This document shows positions 1 to 14,762 of a stretch of DNA of 64,000 bases, one piece after another. The notes below the pieces were generated by a model that was not told the DNA's origin, did not search any database, and was given only the letters and a program-made list of their open reading frames with translations. Source of the DNA: the human T2T-CHM13v2.0 reference genome, Homo sapiens; NCBI RefSeq assembly GCF_009914755.1, contig NC_060942.1, one strand, 5' to 3'. Every line of letters begins with the position of its first letter. The stretch's first letter is position 1. The position numbers were made by a program, and so were the translations under genes.

Positions 1-273
<273 letters not shown>

Positions 274-1029
274 TATACATATATTTTAAAAATAAAACTT
301 GGATCACCTAAATGTACTGCTTTGTAACCTGCCCTTTCACTCAGCAACATACAGTGAACATCTCTCCATGCTATGAAGTGTTTTTCTACGATATCCATTT
401 TCTATGGCTAGGGAATACACATACAGGAATTTCTGGGCATTTTTGTGCTATGGGAGGCAAAGGGTTTTGAGAGTAGGTGCAGCGGGGGCACCAAGTTAGC
501 AAGAATCTGACACTGTGCAAAATGCCAGGAGGCTGCGATCAGCATCCCCAGGCCGCCTGGGGGTATGAGATAGAAGTGATGAACTTCCCCCCACCCTTGA
601 ACTAACTCCAAAGAATGGAATTGGGGGTGCACACAGAGCACAAGGAGTAAACTGCAGGATCCAGAACAGGCACAGAACTAAAAGCCAGAAATAAACCCCA
701 GAGAAAATCATACGGGAAAATGAAAACTTTCCTGCACAGGTGAGAGTGGATTACAGACACGATGGAGCAAGTGGCGTTACCTGGAAACCCGGTTTGCTTT
801 AAAGCTCTGTGAAGGGCTCTGTGCCCTCCCATGCTCCCACCAATGCCTTCTGGAATCCAGATCATATTTATCAGGACAAGCCCTGCCATGACTTTACCTT
901 GAGAGAAGACACTAGAGATTTGAATCCTTTTGATGGCAGGGATTCAGGCGCTCATGTCTAGATCTGTCCGCTGGGTGAAGGGAGTGGGTGCACACTCCCA
1001 GGAGGTCCTGGCATTTGCTGGGCACTGTG

Positions 1030-1140
1030 CCTCTCACAACAATTTGAGCTGTAGGTATGATGATCCCACTTCCTGGATGAGGAAATGCAGGCCTTGAGAG
1101 GTCAGGTGACTTGCTATGGTCCGCTAACCAAAGGCTTATG
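1030..1140. mobile_element. MIR fragment
   Basis: cccacttcctggatgaggaaatgcaggccttgagaggtcaggtgacttgc resembles MIR core. Confidence 0.6.
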
Positions 1141-2486
1141 TGAAGAGACCTGAAGTAGGCAGGGAGAATAGGGGCCCTTGGAGGAAGGTTCCCGAGGGAG
1201 AGGCTGGCAACTGCAGCATCTGTGTCATGCTCACCCTGGGGTGGGGCACAAAGACTGTGAGGTTTGGGGGTGGGTGGTGTGCAGGTGGGCCCAGGCCTGT
1301 GCGTGTGGAGTAGGTGAAAAAGTGAATGACATGCAGATTTCAAAGGGGAAGGTTAGAGCTGGGAGCTACCTACTGAGCAAAAGCTGATGAAAAATCCCCT
1401 GGCTCCAGATGCCACTGCAGGCCCCTGAATGGGGAGGGTGGCAGAGCTGGGCCTGGGCCTCTCCTTCAGCATGGGTCCCTGTTTTGAAGTGCTGAGAGCA
1501 GGGGGAGGGTGATGCTGGGATCTTTCCACCAGGAGACTCACCCATGGAGGCGGGGACAGAGGGGAGAGTGTTGTCCTGTTGCATTTCAAATCAGAGCTGA
1601 AGCTCAAGTCACCCTCCTCCCCGAAGCCCCCATACGCCTGGCACACTTTGTCCTCTCTCTGTTTGGACTCTGTCTGTGCCCCTCATCTGTGTCACTCAGT
1701 ACACACTGGTCCCATTGCCGGGGAGCTTTCATCTTCCGTCACGCTCTCCTTCAGAGGGCAGGGGAATGCTGCCTATCCTCCAGGCACCTGTCCCCTCCGC
1801 CCGCCCTAGGCCTGAGTCCTTGTTAGAGACTTGTTGCCCAAAGCTCTTCCTCTGCCTGGTGGTGAGGACTGGTCCAGGGGATAAGGGGCTCATGCAGGGC
1901 ACCCTGAAATTAAGGGTGTGGTAAGCCAAGGAAGGGAGCAACTGGAAGATGCTGGGAGCCAGACTAAGGATAGAGTGTTCATGAAGTGACAGCTGGGAGC
2001 TGCAGCCTTTACAGGGCTAGAGACCAGATAGCTTTCTTGAGTCCCTGTGACAGAGTTGCAACTACAGGGCCACTGGACACATAAAAAGGGAGGCTCAAAT
2101 CTCATATCTTCCTATCATGTATATTTTAATATCTTAGTAGCCTCTTAAGACCTCAGAGCCTCACTTTTCTTACCTGCTGCCAGCCTGATCTAACAAGCAA
2201 ATCGGATCATGGTGCTCCTTGCTCAGAGCTCTTGGGGGAGGTGACAAAGAAAATCCCGGGCCTGGCCCCTAAACACTTTCCTGCCTACTCTGTCTGCCTT
2301 CACCGTCTCAGCCTAAGCCCACACCTGTCCCCCAACCTAACAGTGGGGCCCACACTCCTCCAGTCTTCTTCCCCAGCCCTGGTCTCTCAGCCACCCAGGG
2401 GCCACTGGTTGGAAAGGAGGAGCCTTGTGGGTGGGTGAGGGGCCTCTGGTCTGGAGCTGGTCTGGATCATGCTGTGGGATGTGGCG

Positions 2487-2518
2487 GAGGAGGAGGAGGA
2501 GGAGGAGAAGGAGGAAGG
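2487..2518. repeat. (GGA)n simple repeat
   Basis: Directly visible. Confidence 0.9.
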
Positions 2519-3039
2519 GGATAGAGGCTGGGGATTTGCTGCAGGTCCCTGCAGAAAAGCCCACTGGGGTCTTTGGCCCCGGTCAGCCTCCCCTCTCCTG
2601 TCTCAGAGCCTCTTGGCTGCAGAGAGCAGAAGTTGGGTGTGGGGTTGGGGGGTGCTCGGGCACAGCTGCTGTGCCACCCTCTGGCAACAAGTGGCTGACA
2701 GGGGTGCACCCAGGTGGTGGTGAGGTGAGCCCACAGCCCTTAGACCCACACTGCCCCATGAATGCTGCTTTCTCACCCGGGAAGCGAGGGACCCAGGCCA
2801 TCATCCAAGTTAGGGTTCAGGCTCCCTTAATTTCTAGGGGAGCCTTTCCTCTCCTCTCCAGCCTTGAAGAAGCCACTAGTCTTCATGCTCCCTTTCCTCT
2901 CCTCCTTCCCTTGAATGGAAGGGTGCTGTATGTCTTTACAATAAATACAGTGCTCAAGACTGAAGACCTCTTACGTGTCCCAAGCAGGGCAGTTTGTTCC
3001 AGTATGTTCCAGCTCTGCAGCCGGAGTATGCGCATTTGC

Positions 3040-3240
3040 AGCCTAGCTCCTGCACATCCTAGTTCTGACCTTGGGCAAGTCACTTAACTTCAGGGTCTCA
3101 ACGTCCCTGTCTGTAATATAGTGCATGACAATAGAACTCAATCCTAGGGTGAAAGAGGGCTAATAGAGTTAACAGCGTCAAGTTCTCAGGACAAAGCCAG
3201 GCACACACTGAATGCCTACCAAATAAGAGTGATGATCATT
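3040..3240. mobile_element. MIR
   Basis: gaccttgggcaagtcacttaac...ctgtaa MIR core. Confidence 0.75.
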
Positions 3241-4779
3241 ACTTTTCCATGTGACTGGTTCTTGCCAATGACACTGAGTAGTAATACTGGGTCACTTCCA
3301 AGATAAGATATGTTGGCTGTTGAGAAGCATGTATGCCTTCTCTCTGTTCTCCTTCCCACCTGCCCAGGGGAGGCTGGCAGGTTAGCAGGAGCTGAGGACC
3401 CTAACTTACCAGGTGGGAAATGCTGCCTGCCTGCCAGCCAGGAATATCCAGTATTTAATAAGGAGATCTAATTTGAAACACTTGTGGCTTGTTTGTTACA
3501 GCAGCTGAAGGGCTTCACAGAGAAGTTAATGCTTGAGCAAGGTTTGAAGGGTGGAATTGGGGTAGGGGGGGTTAGAAAGAGAAGTGTAGATTTCAGCCTA
3601 GTAGAGAAAGAATTGTTGGATAGTGACAGGTGGCCCCATAATCTCTGTGAGGCAGCAAGGTCCTTGGGCTTGGAAGCATATAAGGAGAGCCAGTCAGGAA
3701 TGTTATCCTGGAGAGCAAGGTGGCCTTTCGCGTCCCCCTCAGCTCCGAGGTCACTTCCAGCTTCCAGAAGGAAGGAGTAGAGTACTCCACGAGGTTGCCT
3801 GGAGTATCCCACACCTTTCTTCAGGGCTCGCCAAGCCTGGAGCGAGAGCCCACCGTTAACTGCCTACAATGACCATGTTAATTGGGTATACGGAGAAGCC
3901 ACCTACAGTTCCCAACGTGTCGACCAGGCTGTGTTCCAGAAATCTCTATGTGAGCCAGTTGTTTGGAACTCATAATGCATTTCCCCATAGAAACCAAGTT
4001 ATAAATGGTGGTTGGTTTTTCAGGCCAGTCCACAAATTCCTATTTAACTCATAGTGTTCCTGGAGTTTATCATTAGCAATGCAACGTTAACTGCGCTTGG
4101 TCACCATTTAGAGCGTGACGTATGTGGGAAAATGCATGTCAGGTTCCAGTTTGGAGTACAGGCATGCATCTCAATTCTATGTGGCATTAGGGGGTTTGGG
4201 GGTGTCGTGGGGAACCTGAAGGAAGGGCAAGTACTTTTGGGTACCAGGAACCCCCACTGCAGATGGAGAGCTCCATGTCCCCAAGGTTCTGAATTGAGGA
4301 ACAATGGGCAAAGACCCACAGTGAGATGGGGCAGGGGCAGGAATCCAGACACGAATGCCTCTCCCCCACCTCACTGGGCAGATCGGCCATGGTGCCTGTA
4401 CACTCTCCATGACCCTGGGTGCGACTGAACTTTGGCCCAACCAGGCTCCCGGCTGCAGGCAGCCCATGTGCAGGCCACTTAGTGACCACCTGGCTGAAAG
4501 AACACTGCCGTCTGGGGAAATGGAGGTTGGCAAAGCCAATCCACTGTGGAAAATGGACCGCAGAATAGAGAGGGGCCAAGTCAGCTGGTAGCCAGGAAGG
4601 ACTGCAATGGAGAAATACATTCACCTGCCAGGGTTCCAGGAGGCAACTGACAGGCATTGACTCTAGTTTAATTAATGGAAAAGAAGGTTCTGCAAAGGGC
4701 TCTGGGCTACGCACTGGAGAAGGCCCTGTTAGTGCTATGGCCAGAGCCCTTGCATTCACCGCCACACCCTGAAGTCGGC

Positions 4780-5700
4780 TTACTGTGACAATGCACAGCT
4801 CACTGGACGTGGGGAACATGCTTGGCCTGTGTGTGGGGCAAACTGGAAGTGCTGGAGCTAATGCCTGTGGAGCAGCTCTCAACCAATGACGGGCGGGGAG
4901 GTGGTGAATAAGTACCCCAGCTCTCCCTTCCCTTGATCGAGGTAACACTGAGGCCTGGTCTACACTGTCTCCCAGAGTTCCCCTGCAGGATTGGGCTCTG
5001 GTTGCCCTCAGTGGTAACTGGCTTAAAATAACAGTTAGCTTTTGCTATGGAACAAATCATCCTAAAATGCTGTGGCCTAAGGTAATAATGATGAATTGTT
5101 TCTCATGATTGTCTGGGTTAGCTGGTGGGTCTTCTGCTGGGTTTGCCCAGGCTCATGCATGCAGCTGCGTTCAGCTGGAGGCTGGCCAGGACAGAAGGCC
5201 CAAGACGGGCTCACTCACACATCTGGTGGGTGGCTGGGTGCCTTGGTTCCCCTCAACGTGATCTCTCATCCTGCATGAGGCTAGACCGGCTTCCTTATAT
5301 GACGGTCTCAGGGCAGCATTCCGAGAAGGCCCAGGCAAAAGTGGCAGGGCTTCTTCAGGCCTAGGTTCCAGAACACACTCAATGCCAATTCTACCATATT
5401 CTGTTGGCCAAAATGAGTCTTCAAGACTGGCCAGATTCAAGGGGTGGAGAAATATACTCCACCTCTGGATGGGAAGGGTGATCAAGTTCTTTAACAAGAA
5501 TTGAGGATACTGCAATGGGAGAAGTCACAACTATGAAACAATCTGCCACATTTGATAACTTTGTTAGCTTCCTTCCCTTCTCCTATCTTCCCTTCCTTCC
5601 CTTGTCTCCTACCATTGTCTTCTGGCATCTCCTCTCAAATAAATCCTTACACTTGAATATTTGAATCAGTGTCTGCTGCTGGGAGAACCTAAACCAAGAG
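4780..5700 (+). mobile_element. LTR16-like ERVL LTR interrupted by an MLT1 element
   Basis: cagctctcaaccaatga...cccagagttcccc...cagtggtaact, resuming after ~5550 and ending aataaa...gtctgctgctgggagaacctaaaccaaga. Confidence 0.6.
5030..5550 (-). mobile_element. MLT1 (MaLR) LTR nested in LTR16
   Basis: ttagcttttgctatggaacaaatcatcctaaaa...tattctgttggccaaa...ggccagattcaagggg MLT1 motifs. Confidence 0.7.
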
Positions 5701-6147
5701 CCACACAATCATTTGGCAGGCTGGGAGCCAGGCTGCAGGCGCAGCTACCAGGCAGGATAGCCCACACCATGCCACAGAGGAAGCCAGGGCCACTGTCCCA
5801 AGCTGGTGCCTCTGCCCTGTGGTACTTTCTTCTTCAGGTGCCCATGTTTGGTCAAAGCCTGTTGGGGTGAGACTAAATGGTGCAATCTAGGTCACCTGCT
5901 TAGGGTGTTGTTGCAAGGAGGCTGCAGAGGTGAGGTTTCTGAGCTCAGCAGTGGGGAGGAGGGACTCATACGGCTGGAAATTCCCCCAGGCAGAGCAAGG
6001 CTGTTCAGCACTGTCCACTTCCCCTAGAGGAGCAGAGAAGAGCATGCAGGAAGGCATGACCCTAGAGAGGGGCAGGTCCCCAGGGTGGCCTGGAGTGGCT
6101 TTCCCAGTTTGTCCTGTCTGGCCCAGTTTCCTGCCCAGCACTTTCGC

Positions 6148-7166
6148 CTTTCTTAAGGTGGTCTAGGTAAGGCTTGGTTTCTTTCTACCAAAGAAGTCCA
6201 GCTAACCAAGATCAAGGTCCTATAAACACAGGGATCTGTGCCGTGGTGTTTGTTGTTCCCTGTTCTGGAATTGGGACCACAAGACCTCCTAGAGAGAAAA
6301 GGGACTTCCTGGGCCCCACCATCCCCTACAGAGAGCCCACTGGATCTTGGGCAGCATCCCCTGCCTTGGTCCCTGTGATGGTTAATTTCAGGTGACAACT
6401 TGACTAGGCTAAGGGCTGCCCAGGTAACTGGTGAACATTATTTCTAGGTGCATCTGTGAGGGTGTTTCTGGAAGGGATTGCAATTTGAGTCAGTGGACAC
6501 AGTAGAGAACACCCTCGCCACATGGGAGGGCATTGTCCAATTGGCTGAAGGGCTGAATAGAATGAGAAGGCACAGGAAGGGCACACTTGCTCTCTCTTCT
6601 GTGGCTGGGATACTCATCTTCTCCTGCCCTTGGACATCAGAACTCCAGGTTCTCAGATCTTCAGACCCTGGTACTTCCCAGAGCCCAAGTTCTTAGGCCT
6701 TTGGCCTCTGACTGAGAGTGATACCATCAGTTCCTCAGGTTCTCTAGATTGTGGACTCCAGTGGAATTCCACCACCAGCTTCCCTGTTCTCTATCTTGCA
6801 GATGGCAGATCGTGGGGCTTCTCGGCCTCCATAACCACGTGAACCAATTCCCATAATAAATCCCCTCTGATATATCTCTCTCTATCCTAGTGGTTGCTTT
6901 TCTCTGGAGAACGCTGACTAATCCAAGTCCCTAACAGATGGCTTCTGTCCACACAACAACAATGCCTACTGGGTTCTTATAAGTACATTATACTTTCTTA
7001 AGGTAGTCTAGGTAAGGCTTGGTTTCTTTCTACCAAAGAAGTCCAACTAACCAAGATCAAGGCCCTATAAACACAGGCATCTGTGCCTTGGGGTTAGCTG
7101 TCCCTTGTTCTGGAATTGGGACCACAAGACCTCCTAGAGAGAAAGGGACTTCCTGGGCTCCACTAT
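6148..7166 (+). repeat. ~175-bp dispersed direct repeat (6148-6322 and 6993-7166)
   Basis: ctttcttaagg...gggacttcctggg present twice, roughly 90% identical by eye. Confidence 0.92.
6374..6926 (+). mobile_element. MLT2 (ERVL) solo LTR with 5-bp TSD
   Basis: Starts tgtgatggttaattt, ends ctctggagaacgctgactaatccaa; GTCCC at 6369-6373 and 6927-6931. Confidence 0.9.
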
Positions 7167-7475
7167 AATGGACCATAAGTACATTATGCTTAGACTTTGG
7201 TGGTTGTAGCTTGTTGGTTCATTTGTTGATTCATTACTTCAGTCCACAAATGCTTATTGTATACCTTGGAAATATTCACCCCTCTGGGGAGAAGCACAGA
7301 CCCAAAACTACTAAGTAAGAGCAAATTCATGAGTCTTTGAACAGTGCTCATCAGTCAATCAAATCAGACATTGAAAAAATTTCAGTCATTGCCTTTCAAT
7401 ATTGCTGTACTTTAAATCGTTTAGTTAATTATAAAAATCAGGATGATATCTACACCCATTTAAAAAATCCAAATA

Positions 7476-7720
7476 GTCTGGGTACAGTGGCTCACACTTT
7501 GTGAGGCTGAGGCGAAAGGATCACTTGAGCCCAGGAGTTCAAGGCCAGCCTGGGCAACATAGTGAGACCCCTATGCACCTGTGGTCCCAGCTACTTGGGA
7601 GGCTGACGTGGGAGGATCACCTGAGCGCAGGAGGTTGAGGCTTCAGTGAGCCATGATTGTGCCACTACACTCCAGCCTAGAAAACAGAGGAGATCCTATC
7701 TCAAAAAAACAAAAGAATGA
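7476..7720 (+). mobile_element. AluJ with internal deletions
   Basis: ggatcacttgagcccaggagttcaaggccagcctgggcaacatagtgagaccc; flanking ccaaatagt TSD. Confidence 0.9.
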
Positions 7721-7779
7721 AAAAGCCAAATAGTACTAAGCGGGTTATGATATAATGTGACAGTTCCCAGCACCACTCT

Positions 7780-10350
7780 TCCCTACTATCCCACTTCTTC
7801 CTTAAAGGCAAGTACTAAACTTCATTGTTTCTTCTGGAAATTACTCACTTCTACATGTTTGAAGAATATGCCTATGCTGGTATCTTTTGATTCCTTAATC
7901 GTAGGTCTTACCTATTGATTTCTTATTGTGATAGATGAGGTTTAGTGGTCTTACAAAAGAATCTTCTCTCTCTTCTCTCCTTTCTCTCCCTCATCCTTCC
8001 GATATGGCTATTTTACAATTTTTGCTTAAATCAACATTCAGTCTGGGCTATTATGCCTTTGCAAAATTTATTCACAGCTATGTATTGTAATACATGTTGT
8101 TTTCTTTTTTTGCTTTTGTTTTTCCCAAAGTTAATAATTGTTTTGTTGTTTTCATTTGCTTAGCTTTCTTTGTACCCATTGCATATTCTTCCCACCATAT
8201 ACTTTTCCATAAAGTCAATCATAGAAAGTAACCTGTTATTTCCAGTTTTTTCTTGGAGTTGTCCCTACTGGAGACCTCATTTTCCACCAATCTGAATTCG
8301 CTCTTCTCTAGGCCTACCATCCAGTTGTCAACCTGTGACTTCCTTTTGTTGTCACTCTTAAAATTCCCTTTGCCTTTCCTCTGAGTTGGAGCCTCTGTGT
8401 CCTGGATCTCATGGCATTCTCTTCCTTGGTTTACTCTCTTTCTTTGGAAGCATATCATCTGGCTAACACTATGGCATAGCAGCAGAGTCATAATAATGAC
8501 TGCACTGGTCTGGACTGGCTGCCTACTGCCCCTTTTGAGTGTCCCTGTACTACCCTCCTGGAAATTCTCTTGGCTTTTCTTTAATGTATATTTTGATCCC
8601 TGCATCCTCCTCCTTGGTTTTAATGGTGAATAACTTCTAGTAGCTCTCTAAGAAAGGATTGGGGTGATAATTTTTGGAGACTTTGCGTGACTGAATAACA
8701 TCTTCTCCCACCTGACTGACAATTTGTGTGGATATAGAATTTTGGGGTGGAAATTATGTTTCTTTAGACTATTGAGGGTCTTGCTTCATCCTTTTCTCTG
8801 CCGGTATGGAGGCTGAGACGTTGAAGTCTATTGGCATCACTGACCCCTCATGTGTAACCTGTGCTTTTCTCCCCGGAAGTTGATAGGATCTTCTCCTTGT
8901 CCTCGGTGTTCCAAAAATTCCCAGTGGTAGGCATTGGAGTGGAACTGTTTTCAGCCACTGTGCTGGAAGCTCAGTGGGCCACTCAGTGTTCATGGTGCAG
9001 AGAGCAGAATTATTAAAAAGACCCTTGAGCCTGTTCTGGGTTGCCTAGACATAAGCCTGCTGGGTTCCAAGTTCCCATCTCTCAGTAGGAGGAGCTCAGC
9101 AGAACCAACATCTTCCTTCCCCAACCTTGTCCCCGAGTGGGCGCCTGGGCCTACAAGTTCCTGCAGACTCCAGGGCCTCCAGATGCTGGGCAGCTGGTTA
9201 CCAACAACGACAAACATCAAGTACCCTGGATCCAGACTGCCCGATGCCTAGAAGCCTATTGTTACTCTCAAGACAAGGCAATTTTCTTACCGTTGCCTGT
9301 AAAAGGGGATATAAAAGTGGAATCCACAGTGAGGATGGGGTCCTTTCCTGGAACCAGAATGACACTGCATCCCAGCAGCACCCTCTGTGGAATGAGGGTA
9401 GACTCGGGGGTTCCCATCCCTTGTCTTCATGGCCCTTGTTACAACCCTGGGCCTTGTCTTCTCTTTCTCCAGTAAAGGCCATTTCTTACTACTTAATGTG
9501 GGATGCTGTGAAATTCTCCTTGAATCCTGGTGCATGCAAGAGATGAAGACCCAGAAGAACTCATTTTCACAACAGTTCTGTAACTCATATTCTTCCAGAT
9601 CGGGAAATATTCTGGAAGTATTTTGAGAAGGATTTCATCATCTCTGTTTTGTGTGTTCTCTCGCTCTCTCCTGTTTCTCCTGCTAGAGCTCCTCTTGGGC
9701 TTTCCATGTCTTTGACTCTTTGTTCTACTTTCTGGGAGATTTCCCCAAGTTAATCTTCCACCTCTTCTATTGAATTTCATGTGCCTGCTCTCATGTTTTT
9801 GATTTCCAAGAACTCTTTTTTTTTTGTTCTCTCAATGTTCTTTTTAAAATAACATTCTGTTCTTCGTATGTGACATCTTCTCTTATTTCTCTAGAGATAT
9901 TAATGATCTTTAAGCACTTTTTTCTTCTTCTTCTTCCTGCATCATCTCTGCTGCTTCCAGGTTGTGTGGTCTCTGTCTTCCTTATTAGAGGCTTTTCTAG
10001 GAAGTCCGATAACCCTTGGTCATCTCCTTGTAATTAAATGTAGTGGTGGATGGGAAGGAAACAAAATACTAATTGGAAACTCTGAGTAGGTAAGTGAGGC
10101 ACGTCAACTTTGAGTTTCAGTGTAAGGTGATCCTGGTGGGCCCTTTGTTGGGAAACTCCTGGGTCTGTGTCTTCAGGTTTTTCCTTTTGGGTGGTGAAAT
10201 GCCTGGGGAGTTATCTTCTGATGTCCTGTCTGAAGGAGAAAAGTCTGGTGCCAGTGTTTTGAAGGCTGAGTTATGGAGACCTTGGTGGGGGTCAGGGCAC
10301 TGATTCATTCTTTGCCAAGGACTCCTGGCTTTATCTTCTGCAGACCCCCA
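7780..10350 (-). mobile_element. Ancient L1/HAL1-like fragments with an LTR-like insert at ~9000-9540
   Basis: T-rich degenerate antisense LINE-like sequence (ggatatagaattttggggtggaaatt, ttttgatttccaagaactctttt). Confidence 0.5.
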
Positions 10351-10419
10351 CTGGTATGAGTATGTCACCCAGGTCTGGCAAATAGGATATGCCTATAGGC
10401 TAGGGAATGGTGTGGTGTG

Positions 10420-10790
10420 TGGTGCAATTTCTAGGGAAAATTTTCCTTTCTGATAAAAAAGAGAGACACAGAGAAGCCTTTCCTCTCTTTCTTTCCCTCT
10501 TGTTTGGATGCTATGATGTGAGGGTATGATTCATGAGCTGGGCAGTCATCTTGCAACCATGAGGCAATAAACTAGAAAATTGAAGCCCATATACTGTGGT
10601 TAAAGGAGTGAAAAGATGAAAAGAGCATGGAGCCTTGATTACATTGTTGAGCCTCTGAACTCATCTAATATCATACTTACTCCCACTGCAGGACGTGCCA
10701 AGTCACTAATAAATGAACTAGTGGTTTAAGCCTCCATTAATAATATTTTCTCTTCATTACAGGTGAAAACAGCCTGACTAATAACACTCC
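10420..10790 (+). mobile_element. MLT1-family LTR
   Basis: ggcagtcatcttgcaaccatgagg...ggtttaagcc...cctgactaata. Confidence 0.65.
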
Positions 10791-11659
10791 CAGACCATGT
10801 TACTGGTCTCAAATTGTTCTGGCCTCCGGAAAGAAAGCTATGGCTCACTGGAGTTGAAGATAAACTAGCAATTTATTCATTCAATATTTATTGAGTCCCT
10901 ACTGTGTGCCAGGTACTGACTTAGGTTCTGGATTTGAAATCCAAAACCAAACTTGGAAGATGTGGGAGGCATCAACAAGAAAGAGATGAAGCAGGGTCCT
11001 CCTGATGCTCTGACTGCTAGTGAACACATGCGGAGCGCTGCCGTGGCCAAGCACTGTGATAAGCACATATCACTTCACGTGCACACCAGCCTCCTGTGGT
11101 AGGTAATGGTATTAACCCCACTGTGCAGATGAAGACACTAAGGCTCTGAGAGCTTAGAAAACTTTCTCATGGCAACTTGGCTAGTGAGCATCAAATCCTT
11201 TACCCTACACTTAAGCACTTCACAGGTAGACAGGTCATGAGCACCCCTTTTGCAGCCAAGAAGAAAAGGGTGTAATTTGGCAGAGAACAGGGAGAAGTGC
11301 TGTGTTGGTCAATCAGACAGCTAAGGAGTGAGTGAGTGAGCAACAGATCACCCATTCAAACTAATGTGGGTTCATGTCATCATTTATGGGGCCTACCATG
11401 AGCAACCACCGCACTAGGCTCCGGGATGTGAGACCAGACAAGACGCTGTCCCTGCCTCCAGGGCCCTTGTAGCATGGACACCAGTAAGCAGATGACCAGA
11501 GGCCAAGTGATAGGAGCTGCATTCATCATGTGCACAGGTGGCCTTGGAGCACAAAGGAGGGCTAGGTGGATTTTGACTTAGGAGAAGGGGAGAGAGCTGG
11601 GGACTGAACGCTGCACAATGGGGGTGATATTTTACCAGGATTTAAGAGCAAGGCTCAGG

Positions 11660-12262
11660 AAAACTGTTTGGAGGTTTCTCAAAAAGTTAAACATAGAATT
11701 CCCATATGACTCAGCAATTCCTCTTCTAGACATATAGCCAAAAGCACAGGATACTGGGACTTAAACAGGTATTTGTACCTCAGTTATTATGTAGTACTAT
11801 TCACAATAGCGAAAGGTAGAAACATCCTGAGTGTTTATCAGTGGATGAACAAACCAAGTGGGTATATACACACAATGGGATGATATTCAGCCATTAAAAA
11901 GGAATGAAATTCTGACACATGCTATGACGTGGATGAACTTTGAAGATATAATGCCAAGAAATCAGCCAGACATAAAACCACAAATATTTTATGAGTCCAC
12001 TTACAGGAAGTACCTAGAACAGGCACATTGATAGAAAGTAGATTAGAGGTTACCTGGGACTGGGGAAGTGGAGAATGGGGTGCTTCATGGATTGGGGGTT
12101 TCTGTTTGGAATGATGAAAGTTCTGGAAATTGTGGTGATGGTTATGCAACATTGCTAATGTACTTAATGTGAATGTCCTTGATGTGACTGTACACTTAAA
12201 ATGGTTAAAATGATACATTTTATGTTATGTGTGTTTTGTCATTACCAATAAAACAAAATGAA
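11660..12262 (+). mobile_element. L1MB-type 3' end
   Basis: aaaaagttaaacatagaattcccatatgactcagcaattcc...acacttaaaatggttaaaatg...aataaa. Confidence 0.88.
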
Positions 12263-13794
12263 ACAGTCAGGCTCAAATTTCACCCTTCTGGTTTTGAAAG
12301 TCCCTGATCCAAGGCCCCCCATGAAGCCACTGTCAGCTCATTTCCCTCTTCATTAAATTCATTCCTCATCTGGCTTTGCTTTGGAGAGGTTATTATTGGT
12401 AATCAACCATCAATTCATCTCTAATGATGCAGCCTGAACACATTGTTGGCTGAAGCCTGGACCACATCTGCCTTGCAGGGTGACATTCCCAGGAGGTCTG
12501 GATGACCTCTGACCTCTTCCCACCCCTCTTTGGACCCATAGAGGCCCTGCTTCTGCCCTTGGCCTCTCTCCTTCAAGTCCCCAGGACCAGTCTTATAAAT
12601 CAGCAGTTGTCTTTCCTGGGACTCTGAAGGCCTCTCAAATCTACCCCTTCTGCCTGACCCAAACCTGAAACTCTATCTTTAGAGTCTGAGGTGTTTGACT
12701 CAAGGCACTGTGACTACCCAGAGAGGCACGCTCTCAGATTTCACTGGAGGGCAGGGGACCCAGGAAGGGAGAGAGGGACGGACAAAAGAGAGGGAAATTC
12801 AGCAGCCTCAGTAACTATGCTAAGGAGGGCTGTGCCTGTGTTTCCTGAGCTGTGAGAAGACTCAGCTTCCAGAAGGCTGACAGATCAGACGGGTGCTTCT
12901 GCGTAAATTTACATGAAAACTTATTGCTTTTCCGAAGGGCACATTTTAAACAATACCTTAACCCAAAGGATGGAGATGGTGGCATTTTAAGGCACTGTGC
13001 CTGATTTGAGGAGACTGCTGAGGGCATCCGTTGGAATCCCGAGCCACTCAAATTCCACTGGAAGGTGAGGCCAGTTCCTCTAGCTAGGTGTGGCCAGCCT
13101 CACTTCTGGGGGTTGGGACAAAAAGTAACACTATGCAAACAATGTGCATCACGTCTCTCCTGATGGAGCGACCAGGGCTGGGAGGCACACCCGGGTGTGT
13201 GCCCGAATGCCAATTTTGCAGCCTCAACTTGGATAAAGTATCCCAACCTCTCAGTTTCCTCACCAGTGAGAGGAGGACAAGCTGAGCCGCAGGGAGGGAT
13301 GGTAAGCAGCAGGTGAGAAGGCACGAGGACACGGGACAGAGCAGTGCTGGTGTGGAGCTCTGCAAGCGCCCTCCCCCAAGGTCTCAGACCCACATCTCAG
13401 GACCTGTCTCCAAAAGAACGAGTCACCTAATACTAAGCACAGAGTTCACCGCGGGAGTCAGACACCAGCTGCAAAGTCAGAAAGGAGGCTAAGCCACAAC
13501 ACTATCAAAATGCTGGCCTGAGAACCTGATTTTTTTTTTTAAAAAAGAAAATCCTCAGTTCTCGTAGGATTAGACATTTCTTTTGTTCTCCCTCAGCAGG
13601 CTCCAGGGCAGCAGAGCTGGGAGAAGTGGAAGTGTTCTTTAGGTCACGCTTTTGCTCAAGAATGCACAGTGGCTCCTCGGTGCTAATAGAGGGACAGTGA
13701 GCAGCCTCTGGTCAGCAGCGCGCAGGGTGCTGGGTGTTCAGTGGAGAGCAAAGCAGACACAGGGCCACCCAGCCTCAGGGACTGACTGGCTAGA

Positions 13795-14762
<968 letters not shown>

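Noticed and set aside
2425-3087. 220-aa ORF with poly-Arg
   Set aside because: Non-ATG start, poly-R from the (GGA)n repeat, ends in a MIR
4187-4948. 253-aa minus-strand ORF
   Set aside because: Overlaps LTR sequence, no recognisable domain, non-ATG start
6003-6018. REST/RE1 half-sites (also ~45204 and ~50810)
   Set aside because: Only the TCAGCAC half matches; no correctly spaced GGACAG half
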